This document shows, one piece after another, positions 36,691 to 49,751 of a stretch of 64,000 nt of DNA. The notes under the pieces are model-generated. The model was not told where the DNA came from and did no database searches. It saw only the letters and a program-made list of their open reading frames with translations. Origin of the DNA: Felis catus (Eukaryota). Each line of letters begins with the position of its first letter. The stretch's first letter is position 1. Position numbers and translations under genes: made by a program. Where the stretch lies: assembly GCF_018350175.1 (NCBI RefSeq), contig NC_058368.1:7192001-7256000 (forward strand), written 5' to 3'.

Positions 36691-37819
36691 CGTGTATCAA
36701 TTTGAAATCACTAAACTGGATTTAAGATTGCCATTATGAGAGTTGTTAGTACGTATGCCTCCATAAACAACAATAACGCACTGGAATGTCTACAATGCGG
36801 ATTTACAGCCTTGAGTTACTTCCCAAAATTACAGCCAATAATTTCAGAGAATTAGATTGTTATTTGAGGTATACAGACTCGGTTGTGTTATTAAACGAAT
36901 CTCCAGAGCAGAACGGTAAAAAGCCTACAGATGAAATATATTAGCGAGCAAAACCTGAAAGCTATTTAACCTCAATTACATTCCAAGAAATGCAAATACG
37001 AACAAAGCATTTGTTTTTACCTTTAAAATATAGAGAAAGAATGAGAAATGTATAAAAAGGTTAATACCGGCACATTGCTGGCAGCGAAGAACAACATACA
37101 AAAATACATGTACACTTAATTACAGCTAGAAAGGCCAGAAGAGGGGAAAAAGAAAGAACACTATGTAAGCTGCAGGAAAGGGCAGTCTGGCTCGCCTGGT
37201 CTTGACCGCCAAGGTATCAGAATGCCAGGGGCGATGCACCTGGGGGATCGGCCACAAGATTTCCTCCGTGGAGCAGCGGACCAGGAGCTGGGAAGGAAGG
37301 AAGGCAGGTAAGGTGTGCACAGAGCTGTGCCAACCTCATGCCACCAGAGCACTGACATCATAAAATGACAGCAAATACAGTAAGACAGTAAGTAGCTGGC
37401 TATGGCAGGATCGGAAAATGGATTTTACATAAGCTGGATTAGTTATGCTCCCTGTATTCTCCTATTCCCTCTTAGGATTTGGTAAAAAACAAAACGCGAG
37501 AAGTTCAGTCTGTGTCAGCCAGGCGAACGGCAAAGAAGGAGGGGTGTGGGGCCCGACTGGTAAAGTGTCAATGATATATTGTAAGACGCAGCATCCAGAC
37601 TGGAGTGGAAACCGAAGCCAGGAACCCCCAGGAAAGGTTAATCCTCGCTGCTCTGGGAGCCCATTTTGTCTTTTTCCCCATCTGGACGTTTCTTTTCAAG
37701 AGCTAAAAATCCAAGCCTTTCTAAGTTTTGCTTTAATAAAGCAGACAGCTATTCCTGATAGGATATTATATCTAAATCCACACTTTTATTGATTCAGCAA
37801 GCATTTCCTGGGCACTTAT

Positions 37820-37874
37820 TTTTTATTTTATTTTTTATTTATATATATATATATTTTAATGTTTATTTATTTTT

Positions 37875-37915
<41 letters not shown>

Positions 37916-38082
37916 CACGAGCATGGGAGGAGCAGAGAGAGAGGGAGACACAGAATCTGAAACAGGCTCCAGGATCTGAGCTGTCGGCACAGAGCCCGAC
38001 GCGGGGCTCGAACTCACAAACTGTGAGATCATGACCCGAGCCGAAGCCGGACGCAAAATCGACTGAGCCACCCAGGCGCCCC
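37820..38082 (-). mobile_element. Can-SINE
   Basis: Reverse SINE, TSD cctgggc(a/c)cttatt. Confidence 0.93.
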
Positions 38083-39271
38083 TCCTGGGCCCTTATTACA
38101 CGCACAGCATTATGGGTACATATCCACAGATCTGTACCATGTGTACAATCAAGGTGGCTGCAGTCACCAGAGAAAGACAGTACACTGAAATAATTTTCTG
38201 TGATTGGTTATGTGTTAAGCGGTGAAGAGAAAAGCAAGGAAATGTCAGCGCTTAAAGTAAAAAGAGGTCTGGGGTCGTGCCAGATTTCAGAGCAGACAGT
38301 GGGGAGGCCGGGGTATTGATTCCACTAGAGTAGATGAGAAGCACTGAGGGGACAGACCGGAGAGGTGGCAGGGAAAATGGAAGTGAGGGGTGGAGACCCA
38401 CAGACCACGGTGAAGGACTGAACGGTGACACTGAGGAGGCAAAAGTCCTTGAGCTTGGGTTCCCAAGAGGCACCTTTTCTCATTCATGACTACTTCTTCT
38501 CTCTCCTATATATCAATTCTTTTAGCTTCAAGTATCATGGACACTTGTATGGGTCATATATCCAGGCCAATGTTCACAGAAACTCCAGTCCTGTGCAGTA
38601 GGATTCTGACCATCTCCACACCCTCAGTGTCAACAAACCCTCTACTACAAGAACGTCTCGTCCCAAGCCAGATCTTCTGCGGGAGTAGCTATTTCTCCTC
38701 AAAGAGAAGAGCGGAGAAGCGAGCATCGAGGCCTAGTGTGGAGTCAGGCTGTTTGCTGAGGAGAGCGCATTTGGGCGCCAACAAGAGACCGCCCTTTCTG
38801 AATTCTGTCTTGAGTCCACGGTATAAATTCTAAGCAGCTAGTGCTGCACGGTCTGTCTTTTCTAGATCACAGTAATCAGCGTAGAGAAGGATAAATCAGA
38901 CAAGGAAGGTAACTGATGGACGGTATAATGGACTAGGGATAAAGCCCATGGGACAAGAGATTTTCAGCAGTGAGGGTGGCCCTGAGATAGCCAAGCATGG
39001 AGTCCGAGCCAGGAAGAACCCAGCTGGCCCACAGACGACAGGCACGGAGTCACCCGCGGGATCGAATTTAAGGTAGGGAGAAAAAAAAAAATACATTCCA
39101 CGCGTGCGGGGAAATAGGAAAAATTACAGATAAATTCCGATCTGTTGTGCATATAAGAGCAGTGAAGCTTACCTTTGTAGATTTCAGGTTCCACAGTGTC
39201 AGTTTTCTAAGCTTGAAATCTATGAATAAGCGCGAAGCGATTCAGGTTCACAAAATAATTAAAATTGATAC

Positions 39272-39471
39272 CTGAAGAATCTGGTCTCCAGCAAGGAGTC
39301 TCCCGTCTCTGGCGATTATCCCGTCCCGGTAGACTTCCTGGATGACAATGTTAATCAGTGGGGTTTCATTGCCACCCACAATGCTCATTCCTAACTGAAT
39401 ATAAGGATGAGATCGGTGAATTTCAATCGTGGTAATTTCGCCTTCCGGTAAACTAAGTGGTTGTTGTAAAG
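39272..39471 (-). CDS. LNX2: LNX2 exon 4: PDZ1 N-terminal part
   Basis: [66 protein letters not shown]. Acceptor ggcag|, donor CAG|GTATCA. 200 nt. Not in the ORF track. Confidence 0.95.
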
Positions 39472-40094
39472 CTGCCAGGTTAAAAACGAGAAAAAGAAAA
39501 ATAGATGGAAAGAAAAACGTTTTATATTTTGATTATCTTCAGGTAAGTAAGTTATCATCTATCATAAGTGATCACCTTATGTTAATAGATGATTAATGGC
39601 GAGGCAGTATTACTGGATAAGAAAAAGAATAACAGAAAACGTCTACAGGTTAAGAGGATCAAAACACTTTCTCTTGGAAAGGTGATCAGTAAATAATCAA
39701 TAAATAACTGCTATGAATCAGATTACTAGGGATGACACAGTGATCTGATAAAGAAATATACAATGTCGTCTTGTCCTAATTGATCAGAGAAAGTTTGAAC
39801 CATGAAACAACTATAAACAATGCAAGGCAGTACATTAAAAAAAAAAAAAACAAACAACAAACAATTACATCAACCTCTAAGAACAGGAGGGTCTTGAATT
39901 GGGCGTTAGGAGATGAAAAATGTGTTAGAACCATGGTAGGGAAAATTTGAATTAGTAGCAAAATTTAGAATTTTCCTAAGAGAAAATCATATTTAGACGT
40001 AAAGGCATAGGGCCAACCATCAAGATACGGCCAAGATCTTGGACTGCAGGCTTTCTATTTCCTGGTGGGCTATCAAGACAGATCAGGGGCTGCG

Positions 40095-40295
40095 ACCCGA
40101 GGACAGCAACAGTAAGAAGCACGGCCTTGGAGGCAGATGTGTCCCTGGCCATTTTGTGGCTGTCCGACTTTGACCAATTAATCTTTCAGGACTCAGGCTC
40201 CTTCCTCACCATTAAAAGAAAAAAAAAAAATCTTGGAATAATGGTATAGTTAATCGGTTAATCTATGCAAAGTGCTTGGCACAGAATAAGCACTT
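40095..40295 (+). mobile_element. MIR relic
   Basis: gtaagaagcacggccttggaggcaga...ctatgcaaagtgcttggcacag. Confidence 0.6.
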
Positions 40296-40662
40296 AAGTT
40301 GAGGTGTCATTTGTGTCGTTCTTGATGCTGTGGATTTCTTAGTCAAGAAGCGACAGCCTCTGAAACACACAAACAGTAAGGAGCATGTTAACGACGAGGG
40401 AGACCGTGGGCTACAACAGAAGAGGCGCGGGGAAGGACAAGCGTCCCCGGGGTGAGATTCATGTTCCGTTTCTCACCTGCAAACTGTCGGAATTATACAC
40501 TTAAAGCGTGAATATGTGGTATGTGAATCATGTCTAAATAAAATTACTTTTTGAAGAGGAAGAACAACACATGTCGGGAACGTAAACAGCGAGGAGTGGG
40601 AAGGAAGGAAAGGTCTGATTTGAAAAGACGCGAAAAACGGAAGGAAGTTGAACGGCACATAC

Positions 40663-40910
40663 TGTCAGCAGCCGCGGTCTCCTCGAAGGCGGGGTTGTCC
40701 AGGCCAGGCTCCTCGGTCCACGAGAGAAGGCACGCTGGCATCCAGTTCCGCTCGGTAGGCGCCGTGCCCGACCCTGAGCAGTCCACCTCGGGGGATAAAG
40801 TACCCGGAGGGCCTATCGTAGTGGGCCCGTTCTCACTCTCAGTCTCTGTCTGAGTTCTACCAGTTTTCCTCCTCTCTAGGGCAAGTCTCCGATGAGCAGC
40901 TCCAGGACAT
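40663..40910 (-). CDS. LNX2: LNX2 exon 3: end of Zn finger, linker, NPAF Numb-binding motif
   Basis: ctctttctag|ATGTCCT... encodes [15 protein letters not shown]...[12 protein letters not shown]. Donor ACA|GTATGT. 248 nt, phases compatible. Confidence 0.95.
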
Positions 40911-43794
40911 CTAGAAAGAGAGCAACAGGCGGTTCCCAGACGATTCGAAAGGACAAAAGTGATCCACAGCTGGCGCCACAGGCCACAGCAACAGAAGAGC
41001 GATGGCTTCTTTGCAAAACTTACTTCGACGTCATCCGCAAGCGGTATGTGATTCGGTGTTAATCTCTGTGCAAACGAAGTCCTTACCGCTCCACACAGCA
41101 AATTTAAAAGAAGGCACTGCCGCAAACCCCGGTCCCGTGTGTATCTCAAAAGAACACTTCAGTAAAGAGACTGCATTCAGATATACACGGGTACCAGAAA
41201 TACGTACCCCAGTATGGTTGGCACTAAGCTGCAAATATTATTCTGCAACTCTGATCACAGGACCCTTTCCCGCAGCTTAAATGGCCTAACCACAGGGCAG
41301 AAACAGCAATCCTCTTCCGCAATGTGCCCTGGCACCCCGACGGGGACCCTGAGAGGCACTCCGCCTCTCCACCGTCACGGCCAACGTCACACCCTCACTT
41401 ACTGGCAAAGGCCCGACAACTTTTGACGGACACGGAAGGAGAGGAAAACACGTGTGGCTCTTAAACTTAGAACGACGATAGTGGCAACACAGATATCCTA
41501 GGTGGGCTGAAGAGTAGACGCCAAGCGCTTGGGAAACTTGCACAGGCACCAAGAAATGAGAACGGTTGTCTTCCTTGTTTTTGCTTAGGGAAGCAAACAA
41601 AGAGGGCACCCAGATGCTTGTTTAAACACTGAAATATGGTCTCTAGATACGGACATCAGAACGCCAGTTCTTGGGCATCTGACATCCTGACCGGACAAAG
41701 TGACTAATCATGGCCAGTCTGGAAGAGCAGGAGAAAAGAGGATGGAGAGCCAGACACATGCCCCTGGCCCCTAACACGGCTCCACGGACACCGCTGAGGC
41801 TGCATGTGGCGCACGCGGTGGCTGGTGGTCTTACGACGAGGGCGACAGGCTTCGTTCAGTGACAGTACTTTTAAAAACCTAAAATTTCAACAAAACTCAA
41901 ATACGGGGCTAAATTCAACTAAAACTGAAAGCTACCTCTTAACTGTAAAAGCAATACATTTCTCCTCACACATGAAAGAGAAGTCGTAGGTTTCCAAGTT
42001 CTTGAAAAGGACCTTTACAGAGTTTCTTCCTTCACCTTGCATTACGTGCTTTCTCTTCACCTGTGTTAAACTGGTAAGAACAGATACTGCCCTTGACCTT
42101 AGCCAAAAGGCCGAGAAGCGATTCTCTTCACCTTTGTTAAGGAAGGGGACAACTGATTTTCCCTTCTGCGTTGTGGTGCAGCACTCCAGAAAATGATCCT
42201 GCAAGGGCCTGATGAAACGTCTGGAAAACTCTATCACTGAGAAAAAGGACTGTTGTCAAGTAAGCAAGTTTAATGAGAAATGCCTTTTAAAAATATTTCA
42301 TTCAATAAAAGAAAACAAAACTGAGACCGTAAAACACACTTGAGACTAAAAATGCAGGTAAAGATTGAAGTCCCCGAATATAAATCGCGCGTTGCAATCT
42401 ACATGGGCGACAGCTGCTTTTCAATGGGGGAAATGGACGAGGCACAGGAAGCGGGAAGGAATCACAAGCAGAAGGCGCATGGCTGGGAAAGAGCCTAGCG
42501 GACGGTTCTAAAATCCTACACACCAAGTAACTCTAAAGCCTCTCTTATCTCATGCAAGAATAAATTTAAATAAGGAAAACTGAAAGTGTTCAAGAGGTAA
42601 AGACAGGTCCACCCACATCCCAATCGGCCAGTAACTGGCTAAGAGGGCTGACACTCACAGGGCTTGTGGGGGGGGGGGGATGGAAAGAGGAGAGGGAGAG
42701 ACCATTCAAAACCTGTGCTCCTCACTGGAGGGCTGATGGCAGGGGGCGGAGAGCTCCCGGCGTCTGGGTTGGGGCGGGAATTGACAGCACACGGTCCCCG
42801 GCAAGAACTTCCAAGGCTGCAAACTTTTCAGCCTTGAAAGGGGCCCTGGTGTGGTCTGTGAGGCCTAAGAAACCAGTCAACGACTCACAGTATGAGGACT
42901 CTGACTGCAGTGACCGATCTTGTTTTTACAACTGCACTTTTGGGTAAGGAGCCCAGAACACCACCAAAGGAGTCAAAACTAGAAACGCCAAAACCTCCAG
43001 AAAGGGGCTCCCGAAAGAAGACATCCGCCACAAGAGGAAACCCCCGCAAAAGGCTGGCTTTAGACGACGCGCTCTGCCGGAGAGACTGGGAGCCACACTG
43101 GCCCTGTCGGTGAAGGAACGCTAACAGTTGATATGGAGGCGGCTCAAGGTAAAGGCAGAGAAAACCGTGGCAACAGCGAAACGGAAACCGGGGCTAAGTC
43201 TCCCCGTATCTCCAAATGCCGTGTAGCCGGTGACGATTCAGATCGGGGAAAGACGACCGAGGGAGAGGATTTTCGGGTGTTCCGGGGAGAAGAAGAGCAG
43301 CGTGGGAAGTTGGGGCACAAGAGACAAGGGTACGCAGTGATGGGGGCAGCGCTAAGGACTCTGGACTGGACAAGGGAGTCTGAGGACGATCCTGATTGCA
43401 GGGACAGGGAGGGTAGGACGGAGATTTCCCGATGGGAAAGGTAAAGTTCAAGAAATAAAAAAAAAGGAGAAGAAACCTAAATCCAAGTGCAACGCTCTGG
43501 AGGCCGCCAGGAAAACATAACAAATACGCAGCCCGTCAACTGGAAGCGAAAAACCTAGCTGGGTCCCACCAGCGGTGGGCAGACGGAGTAGCAGCAGCAG
43601 GGGCCCAGGGGCACGAGTGTCCGCTAAGTGTCCAAATCAGTCCCCATCTTGGCTTGTCCAGAGCAGCGGGAGTTAAACCTCTGCACCCAAATGGCGCTCG
43701 TAGCCAAGTGTGGTCGTAAAGGAACGTTTGATTAAGAGAATCAGTGTTTAAAGTGTTTATGTGTGATGCGTGTTTCTATTTAAGGAAGGTACTA

Positions 43795-43985
43795 GGGGCG
43801 CCTGGGTGGCTCAGTCGGTTAAGCGTCCCGACTTCAGCTCAGGTCATGACCTCATGGTTTCATGGTTCCTGAGTTCGAGCCCTACGTCGGGCTCTGTGCC
43901 GACAGCTCGGAGCCTGGAGCCTCCCCTGCTCATGCTCTGTCTCTGTCTCTCAAAATTGAATACATGTTAAAAAAAATTTTTTTTA
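43795..43985 (+). mobile_element. Can-SINE
   Basis: TSD aaggaaggta(c/t)ta, with internal deletion. Confidence 0.9.
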
Positions 43986-44704
43986 AAAGGAAGGTATTAG
44001 AATATATAAAGGAATCCTTTAACATCATATAAGTTATCTTCACCCATTCTGTGCTGATGCTCTTTGAAGCTATTTAGGGCTTTGCTAAGAGGTTTATTTT
44101 CAAGAACTATCTGTAATGTCATTTCCTGCTGAAGAACATGTTCTGTTTTTCTTACATATAATAAGTCATCACCATTAAGTGGCTGTCAGTTGGACCTGGA
44201 GGACATCCACATTACAGGCCGTTTTTTCTAGTAACACGATGTTCCTTTTTAGCTTTGTCTGATTTATGGCCCCTTACCACCTAAACTGTTCAGAGTTTGC
44301 CTGGCAAAAGGAAATATTCCCAGTTTTTCCAGGAGACATTTCTGACATCTTACTTAAGTTACACTGTCAATTTTGTTCCAAAGATGTTTCATCGTTTAGC
44401 CAAATATTTTTACAGAAAGTATTCAGAACTATTCTACACATTAAAATGGTTGCTCTAAATGGCATAGGTCTCCTACTTAGAAGTAGATGTTTTTTGTATA
44501 GCAAATAGACTTTAGTGACATTTTATAAAGTTCTCATTGTCAAAACCTTTAATGAAAGTGAAAAGGTTTTGATACGCTCTTTTCCTTGACACTGATGCAT
44601 CCATCTGTCTGTTTCATGATTAAATGAATCTTGCAAAAAGAAAAAAGCCTCAATATAATTTAAATAAGGATTGAAGTAGACACATCATGTTCTCCAATCA
44701 CAAT

Positions 44705-45510
44705 TAATTAAAAATGGATCAAAGACTATCATAAAAGTCTTAGAAGACAACAGGTGTAAATCTTTGTGACCCTGCATTAGGGAGTGATTTCCTGGCTATG
44801 ACACCAAAAGCATAAGCAAATAAAGAAAACACAGAAAAACTGGACTTCATAAAGATTAAACCTGTTTGGGGGCGCCTGGGTGGCTCAGTCGGTTAAGCAT
44901 CTGACTTCAGCTCAGGTCACGATCTCACGGTCCGTGAGTTCGAGCCCTGCATCGGGCTCTGGGCTGATGGCTCAGAGCCTGGAGCCTGCTTCCAATTCTG
45001 TGTCTCCCTCTCTCTCTGCCCCTCACCCGTTCATGCTCTGTCTCTCTCTGTCTCAAAAATAAATAAACGTTTAAAAAAAAAAAAAGATTAAACCTGTTTG
45101 TCCTTCAAAGGGCACAGGAAAGTGAAGGGACACCCAACAGAACAAAAGAAAACATTTGCAAATCGTATATTTGATAATGGTCTAGTATACAGAATATGTA
45201 TTTATATACAGAATATAAATACATACATATATATACACAAACATATGTACATATGTGTGCGTGTGTATACACACTGTATATATATATGCTTACAACTTAC
45301 AAAAAGACAAACAACCCATTATAGGAATGGACCAATGATGTTGAGCATTTATTCATGTGCTTACTAGCCATTTAAATAATCTTCTGTGGAAAAATATCTG
45401 TTCAAATTCTTTGCCCATTTAAAACTGTGGATTCCTTGCCTTTTTGTTGAGTTGTAAAAATTCTTTATTCTGGATACTCTCATCAGCTATATGATTTGCA
45501 AATATGCATC
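44705..45510. mobile_element. L1 ORF2 relics (plus-strand then minus-strand) with nested Can-SINE (44868-45085)
   Basis: atgacaccaaaagcataagc...aactggacttcataaagattaaa on plus, tgatgttgagcat...tgatttgcaaatat on minus. SINE TSD aaagattaaacctgtttg. Confidence 0.8.
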
Positions 45511-46225
45511 CGCTTTTTATATTACACATAAGAGAAGAATGCCGGTGAAGAGTCTGCCAAACAGGAACTTCCCTCTAAGTTAAACTGTGAACTTAACAGA
45601 GCAACCTGGCCTCAACCCACCTGTACCTCTAAAGGTACCTCTAAACGTTTTCTCTTGATTCTACTAACCTTTTACAATACTATTAAACTATAAGCTTTAA
45701 GAGGAAACAAGGGTTTGGAACTTTGCCACAAACGAGGACACAAATGCTCAATTTAACAACAACAAAAAATTGACATGTACAATTACCATCAGGTATAATG
45801 CTAAACTATTGGGGGTGAGGCGGGGAAGAGGGGTAGAGAAGGAGAGAGGTAAGGTTTTATAGTTGATATCGGTGGGCAGAATTGCACAAAGTAATTACAA
45901 AAATGTTATATACTTAATGGAGAATATTTAAGAGCTTTATTTTTCCATTCAAAGATGAGCACTTTCCCATGTCTTTAGAAATTCTTCATTGTTTTACTAA
46001 TAATCACTTAATAACTAGTAATTTTAGTAAAGAACAAATTCACCTTTCATAAATATCTACTTTTAGCGATAGAAGAAAATATCAGCTGTTCTCAAATTGA
46101 GGCAGATTTCTTAAGAGCAGAATTTTATTCCAACAGGGAAGTTAATTTTAAACTCAAAATTACCAGATTTATGCAAACTACTCCGAATGCCATATTTCTA
46201 TTAATAATTAAGAGATTTCCAAATC

Positions 46226-46383
46226 CTGGGTGGCTCAGCTGATTAAGTGTCTGACTCTTGGTTTCGGCTCAGGTCATGATCTCATGGTTTGTGAGCTTGA
46301 GCCCCACATCAGGCTCTGTGTTGACAGCTCAGAGCTTGCTTGGGATTCTCTCTCTCTCTCTAAAATAAATTAATTAAAAAAAA
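46226..46383 (+). mobile_element. Can-SINE
   Basis: SINE body, TSD gagatttccaaatcct. Confidence 0.88.
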
Positions 46384-46587
46384 CGAGAGATTTCCAAATC
46401 CTAAAAAGCTTACAAAGACATCTGATAGTCATGTAGCTTTTATACAATGGATCACTGTTGCTGATGCTGAAATGCTGAATTTTAATGAAACTTGTCAATT
46501 GCTATCAAATGAGCGAGACTGTGTGCAGAGATGCCACAGTCAGAATAATCACACTCTGTGACTCAATGTATCACTCGTTTGCCTGTC

Positions 46588-47060
46588 TGTGTGGGTTTTA
46601 AAACACAGCTGCAAATGTCTGAAGTGAAGCCCCGGGTGGACTGCTTCAAACAGAGTGACAGCAAAAGGGACGCTACGTGACTTCAAGGCTGGTTCCTACG
46701 CGGCCTTGCAGCTTCTTCGGCCTTACTCACTGGAACACTGAGTGCCACGTAAGAACTTTCGATCCCGGAGGCCAGCCGGCTGGAGAGGCCACCTGTAGGC
46801 TCGCCTCGCTGAGCCTGTGTCTCCACAGTTACCTCCGTCGGCGTCCCAGACGCGTGAATGAAGATCTCCAGTTCCAGATGCTACAGTCCTGGCTTTCAGC
46901 TCTTCTCTGCTGCGGCCCGGATGTCACATAACAGGGAGAAGTCACCCTGCTGTGCTCTGTCTGAATCCCTGACCCACAGAATCCACGAGCAGAATCAAAT
47001 GCTTATGTCATTATATTCGGGGCGGGTTAGTTTCTCAGCAATGGGTACTCAGAAAACAGA
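46588..47060 (+). mobile_element. MaLR LTR relic (MLT1-like)
   Basis: gtgacttcaaggctgg...gccacgtaagaa...tgaatccctgacccacagaatc...cagcaat...aaca, typical MLT1 landmarks. Confidence 0.7.
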
Positions 47061-47294
47061 TTAACAATTTCACTGGAGAAACATTAGCTTGAGGGTCAGT
47101 TTGGGGCAAGGGAATGCAAAGACCAGGAAAGACCTGGGGCTGTGCTTCAAAGAATTTACAACCTAGCATTAGATTCTAACTTGCTATCAGCTTGCAGAGA
47201 CTACTTAACATCAACATTTTTAATTGAGAAATTAGAAGAAGGTAGGGCTGTTCAACATAGATCTGTTCAAATGGGGTATAAAAATTATATTTTA

Positions 47295-47940
47295 GGGGCG
47301 TCTGGGTGGCTCAATAGGTTAAGCATCTGACTTCAGCTCAGGTCACCATCTCGTGGTTTGAGAGTTTGAGCCCCGCGTCGGGCTCTGTGCTGCTGTCACA
47401 GAGCCCGCTTCAGATCCTCCGTCTCCCCCCTCTCTCTGCCTGTCCCCTGCTTGCATTCTCTCCCTCTCTCTCTCAAAATAAACAAACAATAAAAAAAGTA
47501 TATTTTAGGGGCACCTGGGTGGCTCAGTTGGTTAAGCGTCCGACTCTTGATCGTGGCTCAGGTCATGATCTCACGGTTCATGAGATCAAGTCCCACATCG
47601 AGTTCTGTGCTGACAGTTTGGAGCCTGCTTAGGATTCTCTCTCTCTCCCTCTCTCTCTGCCCCTACCTAGCTGGCTCTCTCTCTCTCTCTTTCAAAAAAT
47701 AAAGTTTAAGGGGCGCCTGGGTGGCTCAGTTGGTTAAGCATCCGACGGGCTCAGGTCATGATCTCGTGGTCCATGAGTTTGAGCCCCGCATCGTGCTCTG
47801 TGCTGACAGCTCAGAGCCTGGAGCCTGTTTCAGATTCTGTGTCTCCCTCTCTCTGACCCTCTCCCGTTCATGCTCTGTCTCTCACTGTCTCAAAAATAAA
47901 CGTTAAAAAAATTAAAAAAATTTAAGAAAATAAAGTTAAA
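47295..47940 (+). mobile_element. Three consecutive Can-SINEs
   Basis: Heads at 47295, 47508 and 47710. Confidence 0.93.
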
Positions 47941-48722
47941 AAAATTATATTTTATACTTTATCTTTTTATTTTTGATAATCAGCAGTCACTCTTAGCTGT
48001 TTATGTCAAGCAAATCATTCACCTTTTCCAGTGTATCGTTCACTACATGGGCCTAAGATGCTTTGGAAATGATTAAATGTGTAGCTCAAATATTAACAAG
48101 CTTACTTGGAAAATGGAACTTTCAACCGGACGTAACTGCTTAGCCTTTATCAGCTCACAAACGAAAGGACAGTTTGCAATTCCCATAAACTGCTTGATCC
48201 AAAATACTAATGATACTTCGACTACATACCAAATTCTTGTGGGCATTTTAGTTAAGTGAATGTTCCTAAAAATTTGTGCAATGTCTACCTCATTGCTCTC
48301 AAAATAATTAGTATCGAACTGAGACTTTGTTCAGTTCTTCTAACATCCTATAATTGATGATGTCCACAAGAGCCTCAAGACAAACCTGTTACCCTAAAAA
48401 CAGTAATCCAACTGAGAGAAATACGATAAGCCTAAAATATTCCTCAACCTCAGCCGCAAGCACACCCAACCCAGAATCCCATATTCAAAAGTTTGGCATC
48501 GATTTGCACAGGGGCTGTGCTGTTGTGCTCTGATTCTACCCCTGCTGGGGGCGGAGGACACACAGAACCCTAAGGCCACCTGCACTTTCGAAAGTCTCTG
48601 TGTCCACCCCCGCCCTCCCCCCCACTTTTTCTTGCCTCTTCCTAGACAATACAGCTTCGATGTGAACAATTTTTCTGTAAATCTTCATGTTTCGGACATT
48701 TTAGTAACATCTAGTTCTTTCT

Positions 48723-49751
48723 TTTTAAAAAATTTTTAATTTTATTGTTCAAATTTACATCCCAGTTAGTCAGCACATGGTGCAACAATGATTTCAGTAG
48801 ATTCTTTAGTGCCCCTTCCCCCCTCCCACAACCCCTCCGGCAACCCTCAGTTTGTTCTCCGTATTTATGAGTCTCTTCTGTTTTGTCCCCCTGCCTGTTT
48901 TTATATTATTTTTGTTTCCCTTCCCTTATGTTCATCTGTTTTGTCTCTTAGAGTCCTCATATGAGTGAAGTCATATGATTTTTGTCTTTCTCTGACTAAT
49001 TTCACTTAGCATAATACCCTCCAGTTCCATCCACGTAGTTGCAAATGGCAAGATGTCATTCTTTTTGATTGCCGAGTAATACTCCATTGTATATATATAT
49101 ACCACATCTTCTTTATACATTCATCCCTCGATGGACGTCTGGGCTCTTTCCATATTTTGGCTACTGTCGATAGTGCTGCTATAAACATGGGGGTGCCTGT
49201 GTCCCTTCAAAACAGCACACCTGTATCCCTTGGACAAATGCCTAGTAGTGCAATTGCTAGGTCGTAGGGTAGTTCTATTGTTAGTTTTTTCAGAAACCTC
49301 CGTACTGTTTTCCAGAGTGGCTGCACCAGCTTGCATTCCCACCAACAGTGCAAAAGAGTTCCCCTTTTTCCACATCCTCGCCAATATCTGCTGTTTCCTG
49401 AGTTGTTAATTTTAGCCATTCTGACAGGTGTGAGGTGGAATCTCATGGTGGTTTTGATTTGTATTTCCTGGATGATGAGTGATGCTGAGCATTTTTTCAT
49501 GTGTTGACTGGCCATCTCGATGTCTTCTTTGGCAAAGTGTCTATTCATGTCTTTTGCCCATTTCTTCACTGGATTATTTGTTTTTTGGGGTTGTTGAGTT
49601 TGGTAAGTTCTCTATAGGTTTTGGATACCAACCCTTTATCTGATATGTCGTTTGCAAATATCTTTTCCCATTCCATCGGTTGCCTTTTAGTTTTGCTGTT
49701 TCCTTTGCTGTGCAGAAGCTTTCTATTTTGATGGGGTCCCAGTAGCATTTT
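48723..49751 (-). mobile_element. 5'-truncated carnivore L1 (ORF2 C-terminus and 3'UTR), sense to LNX2
   Basis: ORF2 remnants [11 protein letters not shown]...[14 protein letters not shown]...ELPYD. 9-bp TSD gttctttct at 48714-48722 and 49752-49760. Confidence 0.93.

Noticed and set aside
36265..36739. Several overlapping ORFs
   Set aside because: Translations of the compound microsatellite.
40911..41149. Upstream in-frame extension of the exon 3 ORF (201-aa ORF)
   Set aside because: Intronic read-through before the acceptor at 40911, with no LNX-like sequence or promoter evidence.
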